Source: Lepidodermella squamata
Lineage: Eukaryota > Animalia > Gastrotricha
DNA length: 64,000 nucleotides
Assembly: GCA_047495785.1 (NCBI GenBank)
Contig: JBLDXI010000033.1
Coordinates: forward strand, 2,542,001 to 2,606,000
Reading direction: 5' to 3'
Part shown: positions 38,318 through 50,198 of the stretch, piece after piece
Numbering within the stretch: position 1 is the stretch's first letter
Layout: the number at the start of each line of letters is the position of its first letter
The notes under the pieces: model-generated
The model's input: only the letters and a program-made list of their open reading frames with translations
The model's database searches: none
Told to the model about the DNA's origin: nothing
Position numbers and translations under genes: made by a program

Positions 38318-40129
38318 ATGGAGCTTGACGAACTGATATCGGTTCGTAATTTGAACGATATTCTTATCGTTTACAACGGTCGAAATTTGTCAATATGCTC
38401 ATGCCATATCACATCCCACCACTTGATGATCGTGGCGGAAGAAAACATTTCCCCGCGGGAGCTAACATTCCTTCACAAGCAAATCGACAGCATCGAGCAA
38501 ACCAAATCGATTGCCGTTGACAGTCCAGAGTCGGGTATTGTAACCGGACCGGTTGTTATGCTGAAGATGAAAGATTTCGCCGTGGTTGCTGTCGTTTTTC
38601 AACCGGACACATCGCCAGTGGTGATTTCTAGCCTAGTTTCAACACTGTCAAACTTGAGCAACATTGACACACTTTGCTTCTTCTACCCGTTCTACTATTC
38701 ACCTGAAAGTCCTAGTCTCAGTGCGGATGGTTGGGAATCGTTCTCGCTGGAAGCCGAGTTCCGGACCATGTTCAACTCCAGCTTTTTCCGGCTGGCTAAC
38801 TGCAACCGGGACTTCACTGTTTGCGAGACGTACCCGCCAACCGTTGTAGTGCCAAAAAGCGTGGACGACGATGTATTGGTGAAATCAGCCGCCTTCCGCC
38901 GCCATTACCGCTTCCCAGTCGCATCGTATTGCCATAAGAACGGCGCCACCTTGATCCGAAGTGCTGAACCTCTTATTGGACAAAACGCGGTGTTCCGGTG
39001 CCGCGAAGACGAGCAGCTACTGAACGCCTTCTTAAAAGGTGACTCCCGAGGCGTAATCATCGATACTCGACACCAGTCGTTGATTAAACCGAAGCAGAAT
39101 CGTGGGGGAGGCACAGAGCCGGTTGCCAACTATCCACGCTGGCTTCACCAGAACCAGCCCATCGACCGACCTGAATCGATGAAGAAATCATTCGAGCGCC
39201 TTATTGAGCTTTTGATACAGCGGCGCGACTTGCCTGTTGATGGGTTTCTTGACAAACTCTCCAATACAGCTTGGCTGCACGTCGTTCGAGATGTTCTGAA
39301 TTGCGCTTGCGTCGCTGCGCAGTTGATTGATCGCGATTCAAAGTCAGTGCTCGTGCATGGCGCCGACGGCTTGGATACTTCATTGGCTGTCACGTCGTTG
39401 GCTCAAGTCGTCTTGAACTCGGATTGCCGCACGATCCGTGGTTTCGTCGCTCTGGTCGACCGCGAGTGGGTTCAAGCTGGTCACCCGTTTCGCACGCGTT
39501 GTTTCAAAGGACCCTTCGCGGTTGTTCAAAATCGAGAAAGTGCACCGACTTTTCTCGTATTTCTCGACTGCGTTTGGCAAATCAGCCAACAGTTCCCTTG
39601 TTCGTTTGAGTTCAACGACAAGCTTTTAATCACTCTGTTCCGGTAGGTTGAAATTTTACCCAAAACTTATCATCAATAATGATTTGAATTTTACAGTCAC
39701 GCCTATTTCTCGGAGTACGGCACTTTCATGTGCAATAATGTTCACGAGCAAACGGTGGAGAAGGTTCGCTCTCGAACGATTTCCCTCTGGTCCTACCTGT
39801 TACGCCCTGACGTCTTGGAAACTTATTTGAACCCTCTGTATGAACCTAATCGCGGCGAGGCGATTTGGCCAAGTGTGCAGCCGATTGCGCTTGATTTGTG
39901 GCGGTCGCTCTACCTGGCTAATGTCGATAGCCACGTTGTTGCGACTGAAGCCGAGCGACTGCGCCGTTTCACTGAGATTGTGTCTGAGCATAAGGAACTG
40001 CTCTCTGTCGCCACGAGGCTGAAACGCCAGCTTGCGATGTTACAAGTTGAAGTTCAGCAGCAACAACAACAGCAACAACAAATCAGCAGCAAATCAGCTG
40101 ACTCTGGTATTTGCACGACTGAGTCGTGA
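38318..40129 (+). CDS. MTMR9: Myotubularin-related protein 9 (pseudophosphatase), 2 exons
   Basis: 'CETYPP.VVVPKSVDD', 'GGGTEP..NYPRW', 'VLVHGADGLDTS' lacking the catalytic Cys, 'REWVQAGHPF', 'QQFPCSFEFN' and a C-terminal coiled coil. Confidence 0.92.
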
Positions 40130-41674
40130 TCGGTTGGGAGCGGGGAAAAATTTCGTCCGCTTAGTACCTCAAATTCTGCTCCTTTCTCGAGAGCAAAAGA
40201 TCCAGAGATGACATGATAATTTAATTGCTCGTTATTCGTCCAATGGTTGTCTTAAGCCTGTGGAACTTGAAACGTATTCCACTCTAATTCTTGTCGTAGT
40301 ATGCGATTTTTGTCAGTTGCGTCGACATGCAATATTAATATTTGATTCCATATTTTGGGTTTTATGCTTTGAAGTCACCGTAATATTGCAAATTTTTTAT
40401 TCTTTACAGGCATGTTTGTGTAATCGTCGTCTGTGATCAATCAATAAAAAAGTTGAAAATTGTTCGCGTTTTGTCTTGTTGGGTTGGCGTTTGCTCTGAG
40501 CAGAACAAAGCACCTGTGGAGGCGCCTGCCTTCGCACTCTTGAAAACCGCAAACGGACGTTTAGTCACGAAGACGCGAGACAAAAAATTATTATTTAGAA
40601 ACAAAACAATACGAAGAAGCCCAGCTTGTCGAACCTGAAAAATGATAGATGCCATCCCCACGTTGAAGGTGCCCTCAAACAACGCCGTTCTGATGAAAAA
40701 ATATGTGTATATATTATCATGATTGACTCAAACCCTTGTCACCAGCCTTAACAGAAGAACTGTTTCGTGATGTGCAGAAATCCTATGCACGTAAATTTTC
40801 AGACATACTTGACTGGAGGCTAAACGTTAATGGCGGTGCTCAAACGCGTCGTTAGGATGAAAAGCTGAGTTTATGTTTAGGAGCCCATCTCGTCTGCCGG
40901 AGCGTAGTGCATACGTGAGTTGTTTACTTCTGCGCGCTCGCCATTGACGTCACTCCAGACATCGGCGCAAAATTGAGCGTCTCTTAAATGCGAATAAAAT
41001 CCGAGGTGCAGAATCCTATAAATGTAAGAAAACTCCTCAAGCATCCACTGCAGCCTCCAAAGCTTTAGAGATCGCATGTCTTTTCAGCGATTTGAATTAC
41101 CATATCGACGGTTCGAGCGGTTAGGCCTTACCACAGCGAAATCTTCAGCAGGGCCTACTCATCTTATACCGACTTATGGGAGAAAATGAAACTTGAACGA
41201 ATAATTCTTTCGCACCTCTAAACCTCGAATTCGGGGAATAAATGCTTTGCGAGCGAAATGGCTTCTCAGTTCACACTGACGTATTGGGGTTCGATCTTAG
41301 AGTCGCACATTATGACCACACGTTTCGCGCCTACTATCATCGCTGCGTGTCGATCAGATAAAACACATGCAAACAGTTGCTGTTAGCGAATAACTTTTTC
41401 CAAAAAGAGGTGGAATAAAGACTACAACTAAAATAATAATAATTTACTGGCGGGATTATGTTTCCTATTGGATTCCGAACAAGCTAACTACATTCACTTC
41501 CATTCAAATGATTAGACGAAGCCGCGAACTGATCTAATCCAGTCAAGAGATTTCTCAGGAGCTGACGAGGAACGGTTAAAAATTGAAAGTCAATCAATTA
41601 TTTTAATTTTATTTCATTATAATATTATGTTCAACATAAAAAGTAGATGATCCAATACAAAAGAAAAATTAAGT

Positions 41675-42775
41675 TCATTGCTCAATTGCCAGTCGGCACT
41701 CGTATACCGCAAACATAGGAGGCACCACCATGTGTCCCTTAGAAAATTCGAGACCGCACTTTGCGAGAAGCTCTTTCCACATTGTTGGCGACCGTTCTTT
41801 GCCGTTCAGAACAAACATCATGAGCAAATCCATCGATCGAGAAACTGTAGCAGGCTGGTTCGGGGCAAACTCGTCAATGTTAGGCTCAATTATCAGGAGA
41901 CGGCTGCCAGGTTTGCGAGCCATTGTATCGCCAACGTTTTTCAAAATTTTCGCCACATCTTCATCGCTGAAGTTGTGCAGAGTCTCCGCGATGATGAAAA
42001 GATCGGCGTTGCATTCGAAGCTCTCGAACAAGTCCCCAGCCTTAGCTTCAAATCGGTTCTTCAACTTCGGATCCTCCTTCAACTCGGCGAGAACTCCGGG
42101 CAATACAGCTTCACGCTCAATCAACGTTGCCTTTTTGACGCTGGGGTACTTCTCGAGGATTTGCTTCAAAAAGCCTCCTTGCCCTCCAGCCAGCTCAACA
42201 ACGCTTTCATATTGGCCGAAATCGTAGGCAGAAACGACGGCGGATTGAAGCGGCTTGTGGAAGTTGGTCATGGCATTGTCGAAAAGTTTGCCGACATCAG
42301 GGTTATCGCTCATGTATGAGTAGATAGGAGCACCATTAGCTCGATCGAATGATGGCTTGCCTGTTTTGAGGCTGTAGTCCATATCAAGCATCGCCAAATT
42401 CAAGACGCGGCAGTTTTGCCAGCGAATGAAATCGCGCATATTTCCAGGCGCATCGTCGCGCAACACGTCCGAAAGCTCAGTGCCGACGAAATTGCCGTTT
42501 TCCAGTTCCTGGAAGATGCCATGGCTCGCCAAATAGGCTAAAAAGCGACGCAGGTTTTGCTCATTGAAGCCAAGGATCTTCGCCAGTTCGCTGACATGAA
42601 CAGGCTCATTTCGGATATGGTTTGCGATTCCATACTCAGCGGCGATGTATAGGGATTGAGACAGCGTTCTCACTTGAACAATCGAAAAGAGGAAATGTTG
42701 CGGGGTCATTTGCGCACACGTGTCGAGTGCCAGGTAGTTTGACAACTTGTTGAACTTACTGGTTGGTGTTGCCAT
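41675..42775 (-). CDS. SAM-dependent O-methyltransferase, OMT3 (intronless)
   Basis: Complete 366-aa ORF with wHTH, 'FDNAM', 'YDFGQYESVVELAGGQG', 'GDLFE', 'LHNFSDE' and 'GKERS'; TATATAAG upstream (~42866-42873, minus strand). Confidence 0.92.
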   Translation of the reverse strand: MATPTSKFNKLSNYLALDTCAQMTPQHFLFSIVQVRTLSQSLYIAAEYGIANHIRNEPVHVSELAKILGFNEQNLRRFLAYLASHGIFQELENGNFVGTELSDVLRDDAPGNMRDFIRWQNCRVLNLAMLDMDYSLKTGKPSFDRANGAPIYSYMSDNPDVGKLFDNAMTNFHKPLQSAVVSAYDFGQYESVVELAGGQGGFLKQILEKYPSVKKATLIEREAVLPGVLAELKEDPKLKNRFEAKAGDLFESFECNADLFIIAETLHNFSDEDVAKILKNVGDTMARKPGSRLLIIEPNIDEFAPNQPATVSRSMDLLMMFVLNGKERSPTMWKELLAKCGLEFSKGHMVVPPMFAVYECRLAIEQ

Positions 42776-43535
42776 TGCTGCTGATAGACTCAGAAAGTTT
42801 CTGCAGGAGCTTGGTGTTTCAAAGGTAGAATTTTGTCGAATGAAAATCGCTCCACAGGGGCTTGCTTATATAGCCGCGCGACTCTCGCTTGGCCGCTTGT
42901 TAAGGACACGTACGAATCACGGCCGAGGCTGAGTATGAAGCAATTAGAAAAAATGTTCGTCTTTTCCTGTAGAAGAGTATGCGCAACTACAAAAAGCGCG
43001 CCGGCGATGAGCACGTATCTTTCGTAATAACGTTTTGTAAAAAAATATTTCATCATCGGCCACCCTCTGTTTAAACAAGCAATACAGGCGCACACACAGT
43101 AGTTTTTCTGTAGCTTTGGTTTCCGTCCTCCGTCTATAATGCGCCCGCCACCTGAGGTTTTGAATCTTCAAACAAAAGCGCGTTTCATTGTCGCGAGCAA
43201 TAAATGTTTCTCCTGTTTTCTTGAATATACTCCGCCAACGAGCCACGAAAAAATTTGAAACATTCCACAGCCATCACTGGACAGAAAAACGAATCCATAT
43301 TTGTTCCATGCAATATTTATTAAAAAAGGAAACTCGCAGAGAGCAAGAATATATCACCGGAACTTATTCAAATGACAAATGATGTGTTGTGAGGCTTCTT
43401 GTAATGATAACCCGCGATCGGATAGATCTGTTCATTGAACAAATTGAAAACCAAAAATTCAAGTGAAGCTGTGTCATTCTTGTGTTAAAATTGTCCGTTT
43501 AATCAGGTTGAGATGCTTGGCACAGGGAATGCGAT

Positions 43536-45261
43536 TCAGTTGTTGGCAGCGGTGTCTGACTCGTCGGCTCTGATGCGCTTTGAAGTGATGCCGTCTTCAT
43601 CGATGTCGCCGTTGCCACCGTCATTTTCGGTGCTGTTCGACGAAGCAGGGCGTTTGACCGCTTGCGCAGACTCGCCGTTTCCATTGGTAGCACCGGGCGA
43701 ATCAAGGCGATGACGCTTCAGTTGCATCGAGATGAGGGCGGCGACTCGCGATTTCGTGGCTGGCGAGTCGATGTTCTCGGCAGCTGACGCCAGTGACGAA
43801 ACAAGAGCTGAAGCAATGCGAGCAGGCGAGGCAGTCGATTCCGAGGTTGGCTTTCTACGAGCAGTCAAAGTTTTGACTTCTCCAGTGGCCGCAGAGCCAT
43901 CAGTCGTAATTTCCTTGGATGCCTCCTCGCCGTTGGCCTTCGCCTTCTCAGCCAATTCATTCTTGACAACATCGCGCATCGACCGCTCTTCTTCAACTTC
44001 GGCGATCTTCAAAAAACAAAATGAACCAAGTGCAAGGTTAAAGCTTTCAAAATATACCTTGTCCTTAACATCGTTGATCAGCTCGGCGAATTCTTTCGCA
44101 GCAGTCTGTAGATTGTCTTCTTCTTCTTTATCGGTGGTGGTCTTCAGTTTTTCTGAAACCTTATCTGAAAAATTGATTGAATAGTGAGATTTAGCGATTT
44201 TGGGAACTCTCGGAATGACTAACCGTTGAGTTCCGTAAGAATGCTGAGGCATTCTTTCAAGGATTCGAGGGCTTCATCGTAGCGCTGAAATTGGTGAAGA
44301 GCAGCTCCGAGTTCGTACTCACTTCCAGCTACGATGCGGTCAACACGACCGCTGTGCAAACGGCGAATGTGGATAGCCTCGCGCATATCCTTAGCACCAG
44401 CTTCGCAGTTGCCTCCTTCCATGCTAACCTGTTCAGAGACCAAGTACAGTATTGATCAATGTTGTGTTAGGTCTCACCTCGCCTAGCGCCATCAAACAAT
44501 CTGCAGCTGCAAAATCGCCCTCGACCGATTTTTCTTTGAGAAAAATAACTTTCGCAAGGTCTAAGAAGGTCCATGCAAGCTTGAGATAAGAGTCGGCGTC
44601 ATCTTCGTCTTCTTCCTCCTCTTCCTCGCCTAAATCAAGGTAAATTAACAGATAAGTACATCAGGATTCAATTCTTTTGTCCTTACCTTCGCACTCGCCG
44701 TTTTCGCCATCGGCTTTCGTTTTTTCTTCTTTTTCACCTTCAGCTTCGTTAGTTTTTTCTTCGCCTTCTTCACCTTCTTCACCTTTATCGTCCTCCTGGC
44801 CTTCATTGTCTTCACCCTCGCCTTCATCGTCATCCTCATCATCGCCTTCCTCTGGAATATCATCCATCTTATCATCGCTAGTTCCAGCTTCATTCTTCTT
44901 GTCATCTGCTTCGCCGCTCTTCGCTTTGGCACTTTCCGGTTCAACAACGCCCAAATTTTGACGAGCCATCTCCAACAGACACCGACCGTACATGAGATAT
45001 GCCGGAGCACACTCCTTTCCGAGGTCGCCATGCTTGTTAGCCCTAATAATGGAAAATTAATTATGACAACGGAAAATCATGGCAAACTCACAGCAGCTGG
45101 CAAGCATTAGCCAAATACTCAATGGCTGTGGAGTATTCATCCAGAAGCATGTGTCGTTTTCCTAAAGCGAGTAATTCGGAAGGGTCCGTCGAAATATTAT
45201 TATCAGAAGCCGCGACCATGTTTTCAGTTTCGAGTTGTTGTCCAGGCATTCCAGAAACCAT
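43536..45261 (-). CDS. NASP: NASP/N1N2-family histone chaperone (SHNi-TPR with acidic insert)
   Basis: 'LGKRHMLL', 'ECAPAYLMYGRCLLEMAR', long D/E tract, 'LKLAWTFLDLAKVIF', 'LGEVSMEGGN' and a C-terminal basic NLS-like segment. Confidence 0.9.
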
Positions 45262-46153
45262 CTTGATTTGTAGGTATAAAGTGATGTATTAAAACAAAAT
45301 GTATCCTGTCAATATAAATACAAGAGATTATGGATATATTATGATCATTGATCGAAGGACTCATACATCCATGAGCAAAATAGTATGGGGATATCAAGTC
45401 GTTTTTGAGTGAAGAGGGTTTCATCGATATATTTCAGTGGAAACCGAAGAATATATGACTAAAAGCTAGGCTTGTGAATTAAACTTCATAGATTGCAAAC
45501 ATGGTAGAGGCCGCTAAGCAGGCACATTAGTATTTCAATTGGGGTAAACAGTGACTAATAATTATTTATTTGTTGAAAATGCTTGCAATCGTCACTTGGT
45601 GCTGCAGCAAAAATGAGGAAGTTGATGCCGTCCTACAAGTAACTTGCTGAGGTAGAGAAATTTTACTGTAAACTACAAACCATGGATAATTTGTTTGCAA
45701 AAGGCTTGCGACAAGGACCAGAGTATGACCAGAATTGTTAGCGCTGCGTACTAGAAACTATATACACGGCCGAAGGTCGAAGTCAAGTTACTCTCTCGCC
45801 ATGACACGAACCTACAGGCTTCAGGTCATAAAAAGTTTAGCGCCATTCAATTAGATATGGTAGTTTAGGGCTATACACCGACCAAAGCTCGAATCTAAAG
45901 CATAACACTTATTAACAAGAGGAAAAAATCAAGCGAATGGCGAGGTCTTCCTCAAGTGATCAGGGCACTAGCTCCACTAGCAGCTTTCAGCTGGATTGTG
46001 GCGGGAATTTAGCTGATAAGTGGCGCCAAAAGCCGATGAGTACTAAATAATATTTTTCCTGACACATCCTGCTACAAACTATGCAACGGAACCATCTGCA
46101 AAGGTGTCAGGTGTCAGTCAGAATCGACGTCAAAGAAACCAGCACGATCAGGC

Positions 46154-46170
46154 TTTACATTTCCCGCCAA
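46154..46170 (-). promoter_or_regulatory. E2F/DREAM-like element upstream of NASP
   Basis: Minus strand TTGGCGGGAAATGTAAA; further E2F-like sites TGGCGGGAA (~46000) and TGGCGCCAAAA (~46021). Confidence 0.55.
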
Positions 46171-46703
46171 ATTTATTTTTCACATTTTAATTTATAAAAA
46201 ATTTGTCAAACACTCTATATCTCTGTAAAATTTTTAAATTTCTCAGGATAAATTTGGTGTAAAAGATGTTATACTTTCAGGGTAGTCTGCGCTGGCTGAG
46301 AAAGGTGTCGAAGGATGTCGAAGAAAAGCCGGCATCGCACCTGTTGTTGCCCGTTGCTGAGCCAAGAGACAGTAGCTAGGCACACAGTTAGGCAAAGCGC
46401 TGTACCTGCAAACCTCATTCGTACTAGCCTCTAGGAAAGATTATCTTTATAACGTTAGAGCCACAAGCCAAAACGTGTTCGGTTGAGTGTTGAGTGGACT
46501 AACGCATTAGAAAGCCTTTTCCTAGGGGGAAGGAATATCTTGCTCAACAGCTTCATTTCAGGAAGGTATCAAAGCTATTGTTTCGCCTTGATGAACCGAT
46601 TGATGAGCCGAGCGATATAATTACAGTTGTTGAGAGCTCTGTTTGCCTAATGATCAATGAATTGATGCGTTAATAACATTTCACATTGAATAGAATCATT
46701 AAA

Positions 46704-47406
46704 ATGCAACACAGGGGTCCCTATATGTTGGCGTCGCTATGCTTGGCGGTGATTGGATTCATTTTCGTGGTCATATCCTTCTCGTCTGATTATTGGTGGG
46801 TGACATTCAATCCGAAAAACAAATTTATTCGCGCTGGAATGTGGTCATTTTGTTGGGATGGCTACATCTATCCTCGAGACTACTTTCGCAAAGCATATTA
46901 TGGATGCTGGTACGTGTACGCGAAGCAGTTCTTCTGGATTCGCGAGTTAATTATGCCGCCATGGTTTATCGCCTGCCAAACATTGGAAATTATCGTCATT
47001 CTCTGCAGTGGAATTTCCATGATGATTACTCTTTTCACATATGCAAAAAAATTCAATCTACCTGTTGCTTTCCGCCGGACACGTATCACGCTTGGCTTCA
47101 AAGTCATGGAAGCTCTCTGTCAAAGTAAAATATTGATTGAAACTGAACATTCATGAACTTTATTACCTCAATTTGTTTCTAGTCCTGGTCTTGATCATTT
47201 TTGCCGAACGAGCTACTGGAGACTGGCAATGGATGCCGTTGAGAATGGACAACATGCTCTCTTGGTCTTATGGATTGGCAGTTGTTGCGGCCTTTTGCTC
47301 AACAGGCTGCATCGTACCTTTGGTTGGATATTATTTGGAGCTCAAGGAGCAGCTAGACGTCCTACGAGGAAAAGACTACGAGATGTATCTGCGTGACCGT
47401 TATTGA
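46704..47406 (+). CDS. Claudin-like protein B, 2 exons (paralog of 26072-27065)
   Basis: 'SFSSDYWW..FNPKN.F.RAGMWSFCWDGYIYPRDY', 'DWQWMPLRMDN'; intron after 'CQ' as in copy A. Confidence 0.85.
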
Positions 47407-48452
47407 CGACTGGTATATCTTGCGTCTCCAAAATTTGTGACGAACGTTTGTAACGAAATTATACAGTTTTATATTTGCATTTTATTATATGCTCACTTTT
47501 ATCCCATACGCTCGAAAGGTTGTGCAACAAGGTTGTGAATCATATCATTGATGAGTTGTGTGCCGCGAATTTTGCGGTTATTGCTTCCGATAAAAATGTC
47601 ATTCGAATGGGGAAGAGTCTCAAACCGAACGCTACATTAGAATGCGTTTACTACTGCTTACTGAATTTATATCGAATCGTCTTGATGATCGCAATCTCGC
47701 ATGTTGAATAATATGCAAGAAGTATTCACAGCTTTTTTTCTTAATCAAATGAAATGCCAACACCCCACATTTATGCTCTGAATCTCGCTCGAACTAACTA
47801 ACTTGTTAATCGAGAGCTGTTATATTATTAGCAAATTTGTACGAATGGTTTATTGTTATGGTTTGTTTGAGACGTCATTGAAGATGGCGCTGGTAATTAT
47901 CGTTTTTAAATAAAATTCCGACATAGCAGTAACTACCTTGAGTTTTTAAACGGCCAGACCCTCTTAAATTTCCGGTGACAAGAAACGACTCATCAGAGGT
48001 GGCGCAGTTTGTAGCAGGACAGGTACGTGCCGTGAAGGAGGGCGGAAATCCATTCCCTTCTTTATTCCGCTACGATGCAGTGTCGAAATGAATTGTGTGC
48101 TGACAGCAAATACAGAAATTTCAGCATGCCATAATTTGCGTGCGCCGAACTATGTTTGGTCGATATTTTTTTCAATATCCCGATAATCACGTTCCGGCTA
48201 AATTTTATTCGCCTTTTGAATATTGTTATTGCTAGTCAGGCGAAGTGCATTGAGAGTTTACACAACGTAGGAACAGCTATAAAATCCTGAATTATGCGCT
48301 ACGTTCAATTGTAAAAATATCCCTGGGGATATGTTTTCGTGATAAAGTACCGAGCCATTTCAATTCCTAGTCGCAGATTATGATTACCTGTATTTCATTG
48401 ACCAGCGCTACTTCCATGATATCGGCCTGAAATTGCAACAGCATCTTATCTT

Positions 48453-49743
48453 ATGGCAAATCTACTTTGGACTGCTATCGAGAGGCAATCGGTTATCGTC
48501 TTGCTTTTAAATGCAGTAACATTGATGCAAAATGGCACATGGGCTAAGGCTACCTCCGGTGCTCAAGCCGCGGCTGCCGCTGCATCAGCCGCTTCTTATG
48601 GTCATCAAATCACCGTAGTAAATCTAACAGATTTTCTTGCAGACCTATCCAAGAGACTGCAATTCGTCATTGGAGCTTATCAATCAAATCGGGTGAATAA
48701 AAGTGACCTGGCTTTGCTTCAACAGTCATCTTTCATCATTGCTGCAACCAAAGCGCCGTTAACATCTGACATGGACCAATCTCAAAATTACCAAGCAGTA
48801 ATTTACGGTAATATATAAGTACAGGTGATTAACTGGAAATTTAATATTTTGTTTTCCGCTCACAGTTGTGGCCGTGCTGCTGTGTTATGCTGCTGCCATT
48901 TGCGCAATGGTTGTGTTCAATTTCAAAGAGAGACGTTCCCAAGCTAAATACGAAGCCTATGAGGATGTTGTGAAGAGACCGCGAAACCACTTGTATCACT
49001 ACTTCCGTGAAAAATACAAAGATGTGAATGCAGTAAAAGTTACGCCTCGGAAGAAGCCGTCAACTGCAACGATCACTGATGGAACGGCTTCAACGTCTGG
49101 GGCTAAACCACCACTGGCCGGTCAGAAAAGTAGCAGTTCGCAGTTGCTTTTGTCGCCAACCTTAGAACGGCACCCGACTTCGCTGTCTTACAAAATTTCT
49201 ATTTGCTCGACTGACACCGATGCCGATTTTTTCACCAATGCATCTTCACCAACAACACCCATGTCGTATTCTGCTGATATCCTGCCATTGTCAGGCAGTT
49301 TTAGACGTAAAACCCAGCCCGTGGCCATGCAAGCTTGTCCAGGTAACATAGTGTTGCTCAGTCCAACTGTCGAAGAGAGCGGTGACGGGGTTTCGGAGGA
49401 CGACAGTCGCAGCGCTGAGCGGGCAAACGTGAGACGAGCTCATTTTGCCAGCAGAAATAACACCAACACCGAGCTGAGCATCGGTGGCGATTCTACCAGC
49501 ACAGGTGCAGATGTTCGAAGATCGCCATACTTGATTGTTGATCACTTGGAAGAAAGCTTTACATCGTCGATTGGCACTGGAATGGACACACTGGCGAATC
49601 CCAATCAAAGCACTGCTCACATTCATTACTCAAGATTGTGCCCCACCAGCAGCGACATCAGCAGCTTGGGCACTGCCACACCAATCCGAGGAAGTCTGCA
49701 TTCTTTCGCTGGAAACAGTTTCGCTGACGATGACGCTATGTAA
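48453..49743 (+). CDS. Uncharacterised single-pass membrane protein with Ser/Thr-rich tail, 2 exons
   Basis: The intron ~48808-48865 joins 'YQAVIY' to the TM 'VVAVLLCYAAAICAMVVFNF', followed by a basic stretch and a long disordered S/T-rich C-terminus. Confidence 0.65.
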
Positions 49744-50198
49744 TCCAAAAAAATGAATCTAATCATTGATTTCGTCGGTATGATTACCGATCGAAGCTTG
49801 ACGTAATGTTCGGTGCTTGATTTCAATTAAAATGGAACTAGCACCACGCTTGTTGCACACGGCTGCTTTCTTCGCGACCGAAGAAGAATTCTGCGCAACC
49901 AATGTTATGCCTGCATTATTTTCTTTATTTTTCTTCTCAGAAAATTGGAATCAAGTGGGAGTATTGTAATTAGAAGTAAAAAATAAAGCTTGATGATACG
50001 TTCTATCAGGAATGAGTCGTGTATTTGAAGTGGAGTCGAGCTTCAGCCATGAGTCATTTTTGACGAGTTCAAATATTTTTCGAAGCTACCGTCAACTCGA
50101 CTTTAGCTGGTGTTGCGGCATTGCGACATTGCAAGGGTTCTTGCGATCGACTATCAAGGGTTTATTGTGACTTAAAAGCAGATAGTGTAGGTAGGTAG

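Noticed and set aside
41678-42319. 213-aa and 165-aa plus-strand ORFs
   Set aside because: Antisense to OMT3.
44645-45031. Lys/Met-rich ORF and Ser-rich antisense ORF
   Set aside because: Alternative frames of the NASP acidic (GAA/GAT) tract.
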